From NCBI GenBank assembly GCA_051294375.1, contig CM119270.1, forward strand, positions 1,021,238-1,085,237: a DNA stretch of 64,000 nt, written 5' to 3'. The notes below the pieces were generated by a model that saw only the letters and a list, made by a program, of their open reading frames with translations, did no database searches and was not told where the DNA came from. The stretch comes from Paraspadella gotoi. Lineage: Eukaryota; Animalia; Chaetognatha. Made by a program: the position numbers and the translations under genes. The number at the start of each line of letters is the position of its first letter. The stretch's first letter is position 1. Positions 1 to 12,305 of this stretch are shown piece after piece.

Positions 1-956
1 TAAGAAGGCAATGTGGTCCTGAAGAAGAAGCAATGACTAGATGGTGGACAATTAGAATAAGGAAAAAAGATTCTCTCCCCCCTCTCTCTCTTTCTTTCCC
101 TCTTTCCTTGAAAAGGTTACCGGAGCGGCGCCCAAAAATTACGCCACGCTTTTGGTTCTTGCTCCGCCACTAACCTATTAAAGCACCTTTACTAACTTTC
201 TAACAAACAAAACAAACTTTGTTTTCTGCTAAAATATTATATGATCTAAAAAATTTTATGAATTGCTTTATTTTTAAGATGAATCTTTTAAAAAATTTTT
301 TTAGAAATAGATCACAATAGTTTTTAATGCTTTTAATTATAAAAAAATTAACTATGTTAATTAATTTAAAAAACCATTTAAAATTTTCAAATATTTTTAT
401 TATCATGATTAAAATATGTAATCCTTAAAAAAATAGTAAATTATTATTTGAAAATATTAAAAAAGACAATTTAAAAATCTTAGCTCTTTAACACCCCTGG
501 CTTAAGCCCTATGAATATTTTAAAAATAGTTGAATATGATAAATTAAAAGCATTATCATTAGTAATTAACTTGATTAATGATAATTATATTAAAAAAAAA
601 AAAGAAAAAAGCTAAAAAATATTCATAAAAGGTGAAATTCCATATTTTGGCTCTTTAACACCCCTGGCTCGGGCGAAAAAGTTTTTTTTTTTAAATAAAA
701 CTTTTTTAGTTAAAAAGAGCTTGGAAAAACGAACAGAATGACACCGAGACTGGTTGTTTATTTAAAACATTGTCGGATTCAAATGTGTCTATTAGACACA
801 AGGTTGAGACAGAGAATGATTTATTCTCTCAAAAAGTGAAAAGCAATAACAAGATCAATACTACGTCGGGTCACTATTTACAGGACAAAGGAACAAACAT
901 AAGGACATGTTCAGGACATGGTAAAACAAAGGATAAGTCGTGAAACCCGTTGGTGA

Positions 957-992
<36 letters not shown>

Positions 993-1112
993 CTCTTGTC
1001 AGTTGTTGAATTTGAGAGGTCACGTGTTCAAGGCTGCCACACATTCCTATTTAATTTGCATTAGAGCGGACAATTTCATTACTGAACTTCCCTCCATCCT
1101 TCTCTCTCTTAG

Positions 1113-1666
1113 TCTACGGTTTCTACGACGAGTGCCAGACAAAGTATGGCAACGCCAACGCCTGGCGTCATTGCTGCAAAGTCTTCGACCTTCTTACCGT
1201 CGCCGCCATCATCGACAACCAGGTGCTCTGCGTCCACGGCGGCCTCTCCCCCGACATCAAGACGCTGGACCAGATCCGCACCATCGAACGGAACCAAGAG
1301 ATCCCTCACAAGGGGGCATTTTGCGACCTCGTCTGGTCCGATCCCGAGGACGTGGACACGTGGGCAATCAGCCCTCGCGGCGCGGGTTGGCTCTTCGGAC
1401 CCAAGGTCACCTCCAAGTTCGTCCACCTCAACGACCTCAAACTCATCTGTCGCGCCCACCAGCTCGTCCACGAGGGCTACAAGTATCTCTTCGAGGATCG
1501 CGTGGTTACCGTCTGGTCCGCGCCCAACTATTGTTATCGTTGCGGCAACGTCGCCGCCGTCCTCGAATTCCGAGACGTGGAGTCGAGAGAGGCCAAGCTT
1601 TTCAAGGCCGTCCCGGATTCGGAGAGGGTCATTCCACAGCGGACCACCACGCCCTACTTTTTGTGA
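1113..1666 (+). CDS. PPP6C: Ser/Thr protein phosphatase 6 catalytic subunit, last exon (earlier exons lie upstream of the window)
   Basis: After the acceptor ctctcttag the frame reads (V)[25 protein letters not shown]...[41 protein letters not shown]...RTTTPYFL-stop. This matches PP6c, including the C-terminal TPYFL. Confidence 0.95.
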
Positions 1667-2262
1667 ACATACCTTTTTTTAATTGGGTCGGGGGGGGGGG
1701 AAGGAGGGGGTGGGAGAAAGGAGGGAGAGAGATAGAGATACCTTCGCGCGCAGAAGGTGAAATGCGGGGCGATTCGCATTTAAACTTCCTTAGCTTCTTT
1801 TCTTTTTATTACATAGTCTCTTAGAAATTTTTTTTTTTTTAATTCTCACCAGCAATTGTTGACTCGCGCTCGGATGAAACGTTCCCCATTGTAAAAACCA
1901 GCGCGTAAAGATTAATACAGTCGAAACCGCGTCGCGAGATGTAATTAAAGTAGCGGACAATATTTTCTATTTTCTTTTTTTCCTGTCATTTTTGATTTAT
2001 ATATTTTAAAAACTTTGATCGCGCGATCAGACAAAACTATTTAAATTTAAGTGGGGGAGTATTTTTCTCTTTTTTTTCTTTCTCATGACAACGCGTACAA
2101 CACCGTTGATATTTCTATTCTTTAAATTTAATAATTAATTACTTGTTCGCGTTTCAGGCGAATTCTTTTCTATGGGAGCTTGAATCTCAGTCTTTTATGA
2201 GTTATACTCCTATTTTATTTCACCGTACGACGACAACAACAACACCAAAGGAGGCCGTGAAA

Positions 2263-5200
2263 ATGTCGGAGGCTAAAAGCAAACCCTTGGTCGTTCTCGC
2301 TTATTCCGGCGGATTGGACACATCTTGCATCCTCAAGTGGCTTCAGGAGAAAGGGTATGAGGAAGAAGGTTTTTATTAATATCTTTAACTTCAGAGGGAT
2401 GGAGGCCTTAAGAGGGATGGAGGCCTTAAGAGGGATGAAGGCCTTAAGAGGGATGGAGGCCTTAAGAGGGATGGAGGCCTTAAGAGGGATGGAGGCCTTA
2501 GGAGGGAAGGAGGCCTTAAGAGGGATGGAGGCCTTAGGAGGGAAGCAGGCCTTAGGAGGGAAGGAGGCCTTAAGAGGGATGAAGGCCTTAAGAGGGCTGG
2601 AGGCCTTAGGAAGGAAAGAGGCCTTAAGAGGGATGGAGGCCTTAAGAGGGATGGAGGCCTTCAGAGGGATGGAGGCCTTAATCCACCATAGACTGTCCAA
2701 AGTCAGGGGCAACATCGCTTATTTATTAAACAGTTGAATAATTTTTATACTCGTATCAATATTGATTTAATAATATATTGAAAATATTGATAAAATGTCG
2801 CATTTTTAATCCCCCTTTTCCAAAAAAAAAAAAGTCACGACGTGGTGGCATTTATGGCGAACGTGGGTCAACCGGGCGAAGACTTTGACGCCGCGGAGAA
2901 GAAGGCGATGGATTTGGGAGCCAAGAAATTCCTTTGTCACGATTTGAGGAAAGAATTCGTGACAGACTTCGTTTGGACGGGTGGGTGAAGGGGGGTGAAG
3001 GGTTACTGGGTGGGGGGGGGTACAGATTGGTATAGATTCTTTTGGAGTTTTTTAACTTGCTAGTTTCGCCATTTAATATAATATAGTTTTTTTACGTCAA
3101 TACTATTAAATCTTTCGTTGATCGAAAGAATAAATCAGCGGCGCTAATTAATCGGGTCGAGTTTTTGTATTGGTCAAAGTTGTTTGTTTTAGATATTAGC
3201 TGTCAATGAATACTTATTCAATACATAAACCCTCGCCCTCAGTTGTTGTTTGAAAAATATACAAATTCTTAATATAATATTATTAATCAATTTCAGGAGT
3301 CCAAGCCGACGCGATATACGAAGACCGTTACCTGCTGGGAACTTCCTTTGCTCGGCCTTGCATCGCCCGCGCTTTGGTCAAGGTCGCCGTCGAGGAAGGA
3401 GCCGAGTTCATCTCTCACGGCGCCACGGGTCAGTTTCGTCTCGCTCATCTTTGCAGTTTGTCTCCATTCAAAGTTGGCAGAGTTCTGCTGTGTTGTTGTT
3501 ATCTTGTAGGATCTTTGAAGGCCTTATCTTACCATCGCTTGTCCAAAGTCACAAGCCAGGATTTAACCGTTTATTGAATGTATAAATAATTTTTTGTATT
3601 GATTGAAGCAATTTGTTTACTAATTCATTTTCCTGGAATATCCATCCATCGCTTCCTCTTTCTCTCCCCCCCCCCAAATCCTCCTTTTTCTTTTCGCCTC
3701 ACGAACGAACACACCTCCCCCACAACATCTTCCCCACCCCGCCCCAGGCAAGGGCAACGACACAGATCCGTTTCGAACTCAGCGCCTACGCCTCTGTCCG
3801 ACGGTGAAGGTCATCGCCCCTGGGGAATCCGAGTTTTACCTTCGCTTCGTCGGGCGATCAGGGATTTGCGTCGCCATACGCGGCGGAGAAAGGGATTCCC
3901 GTCCCGCGTGACCAAGAAGGATTCTTAACAGCATCGACGCCAATACTCATGCACGTCTCTTACGAAGGGGGAGTGGTTGGAGGATCCGGGGGGTGAGTAA
4001 AAGAGGGGAAGGAAGGGAAGGTGGAAATTGGCGGTGAGGACGGGCAGGGGAGGTGAGGGTGGAAAGGGGTGAGGAAGGGTGGGGGGTGGAAGAGGATAGG
4101 AGGAGAGTAGGAGGGTGGAAGAGAGGGTGAGGAAAGGGTAGGTGATGAAGAGGCAGGTGAAGGAAGGTAGCGGGATGGAAGAGAGGGTAGGAAGGGTAGG
4201 AGGGTAGGGAAAGGTAGGGTAGGATGATCGGTAGGAAGGAAAGTGGTGAGGGAAGGTGGGGTGAGGAGACGTAGAGAGGTGGAGAAGAAGGTTGAGAGGA
4301 GGGGAGGAAGGGTAGGGGTTGAAGAGTGATTAGAGGAAGGGTAGGGGTGGAAGAGAAAGGGTGAGGAAGGGGTAGGGGATGGAAGAGGGGGTGAGGAAGG
4401 ATGGGGGAGTGGAAAGGAGGATGAAGGGAGACCGTATTGGAAATTATGAGCATTTTTTTTTTTTTCTCTTTTTTATTNNNNNNNNNNNNNNNNNNNNNNN
4501 NNAAATTTAATGATTTTCGAATGAGAAATATCAAGTGTTAGGCTATTAGTAGATTATTGCAATCAGACTAATTGTAAAAGGTACCAAAAAATGATACAAA
4601 AAAGATACAAATAAAGATACAAATAAAGATAAGGAAAAAGGATTGAAAAAGATACAGAAAAGATGGACAAAATATGGGGGGGGGGAAGAAGACGCAAAGG
4701 AAGTAACATGAAATTCCATATATTTGAAACCAGAAACCAGCGCCATCTTACATCTACCAAATGACGTCGGATCCTATGACTTCGCCGTCGTCGCCCGAAT
4801 CGTTGACGATCCACTTCAAGTCGGGCGTGCCCGTCCGCGTCGTCAACGCAGCCGAGGGCGTTGACCTCGACGATCCGCTTGAGATGTTCGAGCATCTCAA
4901 TCTCGTTGGCGGACGTCACGGCGTTGGGCGAATCGACATCGTAGAGAATCGATTCGTCGGTCAGTTTTCTTATATTTTGTTTTATATTTGTTATGTTTTG
5001 TTTTATTTTCTTTCTGACGTTTTCTCATTATGTCGCGGTAATAATCACCCGGTGACTCTCACTCACTTTTTGTCTTTGCGGAGATATTTTACCTTGATTA
5101 GATATGTCGCTCNNNNNNNNNNTGACCATTTTTTGTAATTATTTTTGAACGCGTGGGTCGATTGATTTGAAATGTTACATCAACAATATTGACATCATTT

Positions 5201-6370
5201 CCTATCAGTAAATGTAAAAATATTTAAAATAACATTATAAACGACCAGATAACTTGTCTATCTACCTTGATTAAATTTTAAATGTAAAATTTGCTTCTTG
5301 AGTTTAAAAAATGATTGTTTTCCAAGAAACAACTTGCGAGATATTAACATTTTTGCTTAACATATCTATATTAATAACAATTTAACCTACTCCTACTCTC
5401 CCAGCCCCTCTTAACCTACTCCCTACTCTCCCCGCCCTCTTAACCTACTCCCTACTCTCTTCCCTCTCTTCCCTCCCCCCCCCCGTTGTTTTCAAAATGC
5501 TCTGTACTTCTCCCCTCCTTTCCCCTTTTTTTACCCCCCCCACTTCCACCCCATCCCTACATCCCACGCCCCCTCTTCCAGGCATGAAGAGTCGCGGCGT
5601 CTACGAGACTCCGGGATTCTCGATTCTCCGCGCGGCGCACCTCGACCTCGAGGCTTTGACTCTCGATCGGGAGGTCAAGCGGATCAAGCGGAGTTTGGCC
5701 GAGGAGTTCTCCAGACTCGTTTATCGGGGTGTGGGGAATGATTACTCCAAAAAATGCTATGGTTAACATTTAAATTTATTAAAATAAATGGTTTTTTTTT
5801 TTAGGTTTTTGGTTTTCGCCCGAGGGAGAATTCGTCAGAAACTGCATCGGTAAGCGTCGAGAATGTATTTATGTATTTTGCGATATACTTGTTGATTTAT
5901 TGATTTTTAAATAATAAAGATTAGTTTTAGAGACGTTTTCAGTATCTACTCTTAAGTCTTACTAAGTTGTTCGAATGTTTCCGCGGAGAGGGGCGAATTT
6001 CTCATCACTAATTATTAAATTATCGCAAAAATAATCTAACGATATAATCTTGAAATATTAATACTCCTTTCTCAATTTGTACGATCACATGACTGACTGA
6101 CCCATAGCATTTTCTCCTTTCCCCCCCGTCTTTAATCCTCCAGCTTCCTCTCAAACTAACGTCGACGGATCCGTGACGCTCGATTGTTTCAAAGGCGCCA
6201 TCTACGTCCGGAGCCGCGAGTCGGCGGCGTCGCTTTACAACGCCTCCCTCTCCTCGATGGACGTCGCTGGCGCCTACGATCCCACCGACGCCGAAGGGTT
6301 CGTCAAGATCAACGCCCTCAGGCTCAAGGAGCACGCCAGGCTGGCGAAGAAAGTGGGAGTGACCGAGAAG

Positions 6371-6376
<6 letters not shown>
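2263..6376 (+). CDS. ASS1: Argininosuccinate synthase, 8 exons (approx. 2263-2354, 2835-2980, 3297-3428, 3748-3992, 4734-4959, 5582-5730, 5805-5849, 6144-6376)
   Basis: Motifs [44 protein letters not shown] and [15 protein letters not shown]. Exon 4 has several 1-nt indels near an N gap, probably consensus errors. Confidence 0.93.
2394..2680 (+). repeat. 18-bp minisatellite (agagggatggaggcctta), about 16 copies, in ASS1 intron 1
   Basis: Directly visible tandem array. It is the source of the spurious RGMEAL ORF. Confidence 0.95.
2664..2760 (+). repeat. Dispersed ~100-130 bp intronic repeat family, copy in ASS1 intron 1
   Basis: ggaggccttaatccaccatagactgtccaaaagtcaggggcaa... Similar sequence at about 3517-3615 (+), 12646-12749 (+), 25554-25668 (-), 36457-36561 (-), 36780-36845 (-, partial) and 58701-58775 (+, degenerate). 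Confidence 0.75.
4000..4430 (+). repeat. Purine-rich (GGA/GAA/GGT) low-complexity tract at the 5' end of ASS1 intron 4
   Basis: Almost pure G/A with degenerate gggtgaggaagggtagg units. Confidence 0.85.
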
Positions 6377-6434
<58 letters not shown>

Positions 6435-6472
6435 ACGCCAGGCTGGCGAAGAAAGTGGGAGTGACCGAGAAG

Positions 6473-6553
<81 letters not shown>
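6329..6553 (+). repeat. Tandem duplication of the ASS1 final codons, stop and (GA)n microsatellite
   Basis: gagcacgccaggctggcgaagaaagtgggagtgaccgagaagaaatga(GA)n occurs twice in a row. Confidence 0.9.
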
Positions 6554-6554
<1 letters not shown>

Positions 6555-7184
6555 AGCAGCGATCAAACCTGTACGGCCGTGACTTTATCTACTCGTCTCG
6601 TCGGGGCTTTTCCCTTTTATGAAATTGGTGCAATCAATATTTATATTTCTAATTCTAACTTCTTAACACAAAAAATATATTTTTTTATGTTTTTTTTTTT
6701 TCAAGCCGGTGGACTGGAGATAAGATTTGTTTTTTACTAGTGAAGATTTTATATCCAAGTGGTCGCAATTTGATATTTTTATACGATTTTTTAAGCATTT
6801 GAATATCATGGTTTGTTTATTGCTGGTGTGATAATTTAACAGGACATTTAACCTGTGCGGCCTTGATCTTCTAAATTTTTGTTATTTTTATTATTCTTCA
6901 TAATTTTTGACATTACTGTATTTTTATATTAGGCTTCAACTCATATTTTTTGTGGGCTGTTTTTTCAGATTCCCAGATTTGACCTTCGAGTGGTCGCGAA
7001 GTAAGAATCTAATAAACGAAGAAAAAACAAAGAAACGAAGGAAAAAGGAAAGAAACAATAAGAGCATAAAAAAAAAACAACAAAAAGAGAAAACTATTTC
7101 CCGTTTTTTTCATTCGTTATGGTTAAGGAAAGGAGAGTGTCCACTGCGTCACCATGATCGCCCAAAACGTCGTGAGATGTTGAC

Positions 7185-7403
7185 ATGAGTGATGGGGTCG
7201 GAAGAGGAAAGAACCACGACGACGACCACATCGACGACGAGGACATGGCCGTCGACGACAAAGCAAACCCCGAGGAGACACGCCCACAGAACGTGAGACC
7301 GGAAACCATGGAAGAATCGCCTCTAGTGAGTTGAATGGTGATTGTGGTTCACCAACTCTTTTGTAGTCATTTTTAGCCGGACGAATTACCTAGGTATCAA
7401 TTA

Positions 7404-7477
<74 letters not shown>

Positions 7478-7738
7478 TTCAGCTCCACGAGTTTCTCCGG
7501 TTCTGGCCGGACCGGTCGCCGCAACGCCATGCCCGACATTATGCAAGAGGGCGCCGCCTCGACGGGCACGGCGGGCATCACCGAGATGCTCAATCAGCTC
7601 AGCTGCGGCGGCGGCGGCGGCGGCGGCAGTGGTGACGCCGGCGCCGAGGGTCGCTCGCGCGCCGACGAAGAGTTGGGCGCCTGCGGTGGCGTGGCCAATG
7701 ATAATCAAAACCAAAAACGTGATACTGCCAAACAATGA
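7185..7738 (+). CDS. PKI: cAMP-dependent protein kinase inhibitor (PKI family), 2 exons (7185-7325, 7483-7738) with a 1-nt indel near 7492
   Basis: Exon 2 encodes F-SGSGRTGRRNAMPDI, matching the PKI pseudosubstrate motif (FIASGRTGRRNAIHD), followed by an NES-like ITEMLNQLSC. Donor gtgagt at 7326, acceptor tttcag at 7482. Confidence 0.85.
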
Positions 7739-9918
7739 CGAGGGAAAAAGAAAGGGGAAAGAAAAGGGGAGACGAAAGAACAAATTCAAATTCCTCCGTG
7801 GGTCCATCGCCACGCGCTTCCACCGATAAATGTTTCGTAGACGAAACAAAAATGCCGCAAAAAAAAAAACAACCCTTTTTTATTGTAATTTGTATTTCTC
7901 TTCGATTCTCTTATCTGAAAAGAGTTTCCCCTCGTTTTATTCCTTCTTATTTCTTTTGGTCTCGAGGTTTTTTTTTCATTTTACGGTGACGAAACTAGTA
8001 ACAATACTCATCCGGGACGAACGTTCTAGCTCTTAGCTTATCTGTCACGACAAAGATTTAGCATTTCAGTTGTGACATAATTTTCCTACCCATTGGGTTT
8101 GACTGTTCTAGACATCAGCACTGTGATAATGCAACAAGCTGTGTCCTCTCAGATCCCCAGTCCTAGGTAGCAACGGTCTATTCAAAATTGGCCCCAAAAA
8201 AAGATTTAAACCAACCGTGCGCCCTAAGTATGAGGGTTTGTGGCGACTTATCTTTCTCTTTGTAACTTCATTGGTGAGCCTGGTTGTGACTAAAAGAAGA
8301 GGTCTCCCTTCTTTTTTTGACGGAATAAATAGCTACCTCACTGCCCTATGGGTCTGGGAGATTTTTCATTTAGTTGCCTCGCTTTCCAGAATTTTTGATC
8401 TGGTGCACAAAGGCTCGACCTTTTTAATCCTCGCCAGCCCCGCCAATCCGGCACGGCGGTGGGATTGCTGCGAATGGCCCGTTACTCGTTTGAAAGTTAT
8501 TGTTCCGACCGGAACAGAGGACCATCGATATCAGAGATAAAACAATAGGCCCCGTTGCAAAGTCATGGTGCAGTTGTCTGGAACAGATGTATCACAACGG
8601 GTAGTGTTATTACGTTACTACGCTTTGATTTTTAGTCTAAATTGACGTGTTTTTCTCAATTCTTGTGCCGATTCCTGACTATCTAATTTTAAATTTTATC
8701 AAGATTCACGTACCACCCTGTCGTACAAACGCGACATGCAATCGATCAAATTTTATTATTATTATTTTTTTTTGTTAACATAATTTGCATTAAGTATTTC
8801 TTTTTATTTCTTTTTATTCCTCATCAAACTAATGATGTTCAAGACTGTCTTCCTCCTCCCCCCTCGCCCCCCTTCCCCCCTCGCCCCCCTCTCCCCCCTC
8901 TCCCCATCCCGCCATGGAATCATCCTCTCTCTCTCTCTGTCTCTCTCTCCGCTTTTCGTGGTGCAATTAGTGTATTTATTAAACACAAATCTATTAAAAT
9001 AATAGTTTTTTTTTGTTTCAAATTCTTATCACGCGCATGATGAACTCAGAATCGATGACTGCAATATTTTAGATTCGCCTCCCACTCCTCTCAACTTGGG
9101 GCCAACTCGGGCGGGGGCCCATAAAACCAAAGAATCTTCGAAGGGGGGTGGGATCGATTATAAAGGCTAATAATAATAGTTACCTAATTGCCTTTTTTCG
9201 GCTCCACACTGTTACTTCTCTCTGGCCGCAATTTTTTCTCTTTAATACTTCCACATTTGAAAAAATAGCCCACGAACATGTGTTGCTTTTTAAGCAACTT
9301 TTAGCCCACAATATACAGTAGATTATTTCTAGTTTTTCTTCTTAATTTTTCTTTAAATTATAGGAGACTTACTGTTAGCGAGTATTAAAATTTATGAGGA
9401 TTCCTTTGTTCATTGTTCGTATTTAAAGCCACCGTATTTATTGGCTGTCGAATACTCAACAAATTTTAAGACCCTTTCTGTGTATTAACCGAATGTTTGT
9501 TGATCGAAAAAATTAAATCAATAAAAAAAAGCCTTTTTTTCTTTTATTAAAAGTTGTAGTATTACTCTGTTATATCCTTTCTCGATATTAAACTTGGTAT
9601 TTAACTGATTCGACCACGAATTAGATTTTTATTTTCTTTCTTTTTTTTTCAGACTGGACCGCCCCTCAAAACTGTAGGCGGGTCCGGTTGACGCTTCCCT
9701 CCCCCAGCCCCAGCACCATCCACGGATTATTCAAATCGCCTCATCGACTTTAACATGACTGGACTTGCCCGATGATTTTTCAATTTAAACGAGACGAAAA
9801 TGAGTCTAAAAATAAAATGGAGCAATGAAGTGACCTAAATTTCTTGTACGGATTCGAGTTAAACGGAGAAGGAAACCGTTATAAAAACGAACAAACTCCC
9901 CCCCCCCTCCGGGTCGCC

Positions 9919-12232
9919 ATGGACAACCATCCCTCTCCCGAGCTCACCCCTTCCTCCCGCTGGCTGCCAGAGCGCAACCCGCTGGGCACGGGAGGCTTCG
10001 GTCAGGTCTTCCTCTACGTCAACTCGTCGATGGGAGAAAAGATAGCGGTGAAGCAATGTAAACACGAGATGAACGATAAGATGAGGAGAAGATGGGAACT
10101 CGAGGTCAACATGATGAACAACCTCGATCACCGCAACATCATCAAGGCGCTGGAGGTCCCGGCGGAGATACAGCGGGCCAACAACACCGGATTCGCCTTG
10201 CTGGGTTGGTTGCGGAAATGAAGTGGTGAATGATGGAAAGGAAGTGGTGAATGATGGAAAAGAAGTGGTGAATGATGGAAAAGAAGTGGTGAATGATGGA
10301 AAAGAAGTGGTGAATGATGGAAAAGAAGTGGTGAATGATGGAAAAGAAGTGGTGAATGATGGAAAAGAAGTGGTGAATGATGGAAAAAGAGTGTTGAATG
10401 ATGGAAAAAGAGTGTTGAATGATGGAAAAAGAGTGTTGAATGATGGAAAAGGAGTGGTGAATGATGGAATCGTCCGAGTGTAAATGAGTCTAAATGGAAA
10501 AGACAAAAAAACAGTTTCACTAATTGATTGTTTCTTTTTCTTTTTGTATTAAATGCAAATTCAAAATGTATATTGTATTAATTAATCAAATAACTAATCA
10601 GATCCGGCATTGTTTGCTTAAACTTATTTTCAATGTAAATTTGATATTGAATGATAGGCAAATCTCGTGGTGTTCTTGATGCAGCATTTCCGCCAATTTG
10701 CCCTCCCCCCCCCCCCCCGAGTAAAAAATTTATTTTATAAAAATTAACGCTTCCACGTCAAATTACGTCGCCGTGTTATTTAGGATTTCGTTTTCGTGCT
10801 ACGGCAAATTAAGAACGTGGTGGGCTTGACTAAATATAATTATAATCTAATAACGAGAAATGTAGGGAAGATCTGATAAAATAAGTAAACCTCTATCTCC
10901 CACTTTCCATATTACGTTCAAATTTTTATACTCAAAAGGATTTGCTTGACTTTGGTTTGAGATCTTAGTTGTGGCTTTCCATTGACCAAAAGAAAAAAAG
11001 AGTTTTTACATTAAGTTAAACGGATTTTACAGAAATAACTACCATGTAGTACTTAAAACACATGTTTAGGCTGTAAACGATGTTAGGCATTGTAACCATA
11101 ACGAATTTTATTAGACTGCAACATGCAAATTAATTTTTCACTTCTACGCAAAGAAAGAAATAGGAGTTTTATTGACATTAATATTATCTATTTTATTGTT
11201 TTCGTTTGCCATACTTAGTCTGTTTGTTTGTTGAATGTTGATGATTATTGTACTGAATCAACCTTGTTGTATTCGAATAAAATCGCATATATAATTAACA
11301 TACAAATTACGGAGATTATGCAGAGAAAAGGCAAGCAGTAAACAATATAAATAATCCATAAAGTTTTTATATTAGTTTCTTGAAGGTTTCCTGAGGGGGG
11401 AAGCCGAAGAAAAGACGGAGAAGCCAAGAAGGGCGAGCTACTTGTTAATCCATGTGATGAGCGATGATCTGATGATGATGATGATGATGATCTGATGATG
11501 AGCTACTTGTTAATCTATGTGATGAGCGATGATCTGATGATGATGATGATCTGATGATGAGCTACTTGTTAATCCATGTGATGAGCGATGATCTGTGACT
11601 AATTTGTTTCCCCGTCTCAACTTCAATCCTTTCGTCCCCCCCCTCCCTACCACTCCATGCTCTTTCCTCTGCCAGGCATGGAATACTGCTCCGGCGGTGA
11701 TCTCCGGAAAGTCCTCAGCCGACCGGAGAACCACTGCGGCGTGGAGGAGTCGACGGTCTGTTCGGTCGCCTATCAACTGGCTTGTGGCATCGAGTATCTC
11801 CACTCCATGCGCATCTTCCATCGCGACATCAAACCGGAAAACATCGTGCTGCAGCCGGGCGTCGACGGAGGCGTCGTCTACAAGATCATCGACCTCGGCT
11901 ACGCCAAGCAGCTCGACGACGGCGCCAGCAACGCCGAGTCTTTTGTCGGCACGCAGCAGTATTTGGCGCCGGAGCTCTTCACTTCCAAGGTTCGGTGGGG
12001 GGGGGGATTGCGACCAATTAATCTGTTAATCAATTGTAACAAACCAGAATCGAACACCAGCTATTATTTTTTTTTTTTCGTTTTCTCAGGGTCACAGCAA
12101 CACGGTGGACTACTGGACTTTCGGCACAGTGATTTTTGAGCTGATCACCGGCGAGCGGCCTTTCCTGCCTCAAGCGCAACCCTATCCGGTGAGAGTCTCG
12201 TGGTTGATCTTTTTTTTTTCATTCGTTCATTG

Positions 12233-12305
<73 letters not shown>

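Noticed and set aside
2357-2737. Repeat-protein ORFs (RGMEAL, VNDGKEV, ERERER, LSLSLS)
   Set aside because: They are translations of intronic mini- and microsatellites.
3748-3992. ASS1 as a pseudogene because of frameshifts and a stop in exon 4
   Set aside because: The indels cluster in one exon near N gaps (4478-4502, 5113-5122) while the other exons are intact, so low-quality consensus is more likely.
7483-7530. Programmed frameshift in PKI
   Set aside because: A single extra base in a short homopolymer (ttt/cc) next to a microsatellite is better explained by sequencing error. There is no slippery heptamer.
8000-8720. Additional gene or transposon between PKI and IKK
   Set aside because: The composition is distinct and caccctg could be a TIR end, but I found no partner end and no recognisable protein.
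10220-10469. CRISPR-like array
   Set aside because: Units are contiguous with no unique spacers, there are no cas genes, and the context is a eukaryotic intron.
11436-11595. C/D-box snoRNA cluster (GTGATGA and CTGA present)
   Set aside because: The boxes arise from (gat)n simple repeat, are too close together, and lack terminal stems or a plausible guide.
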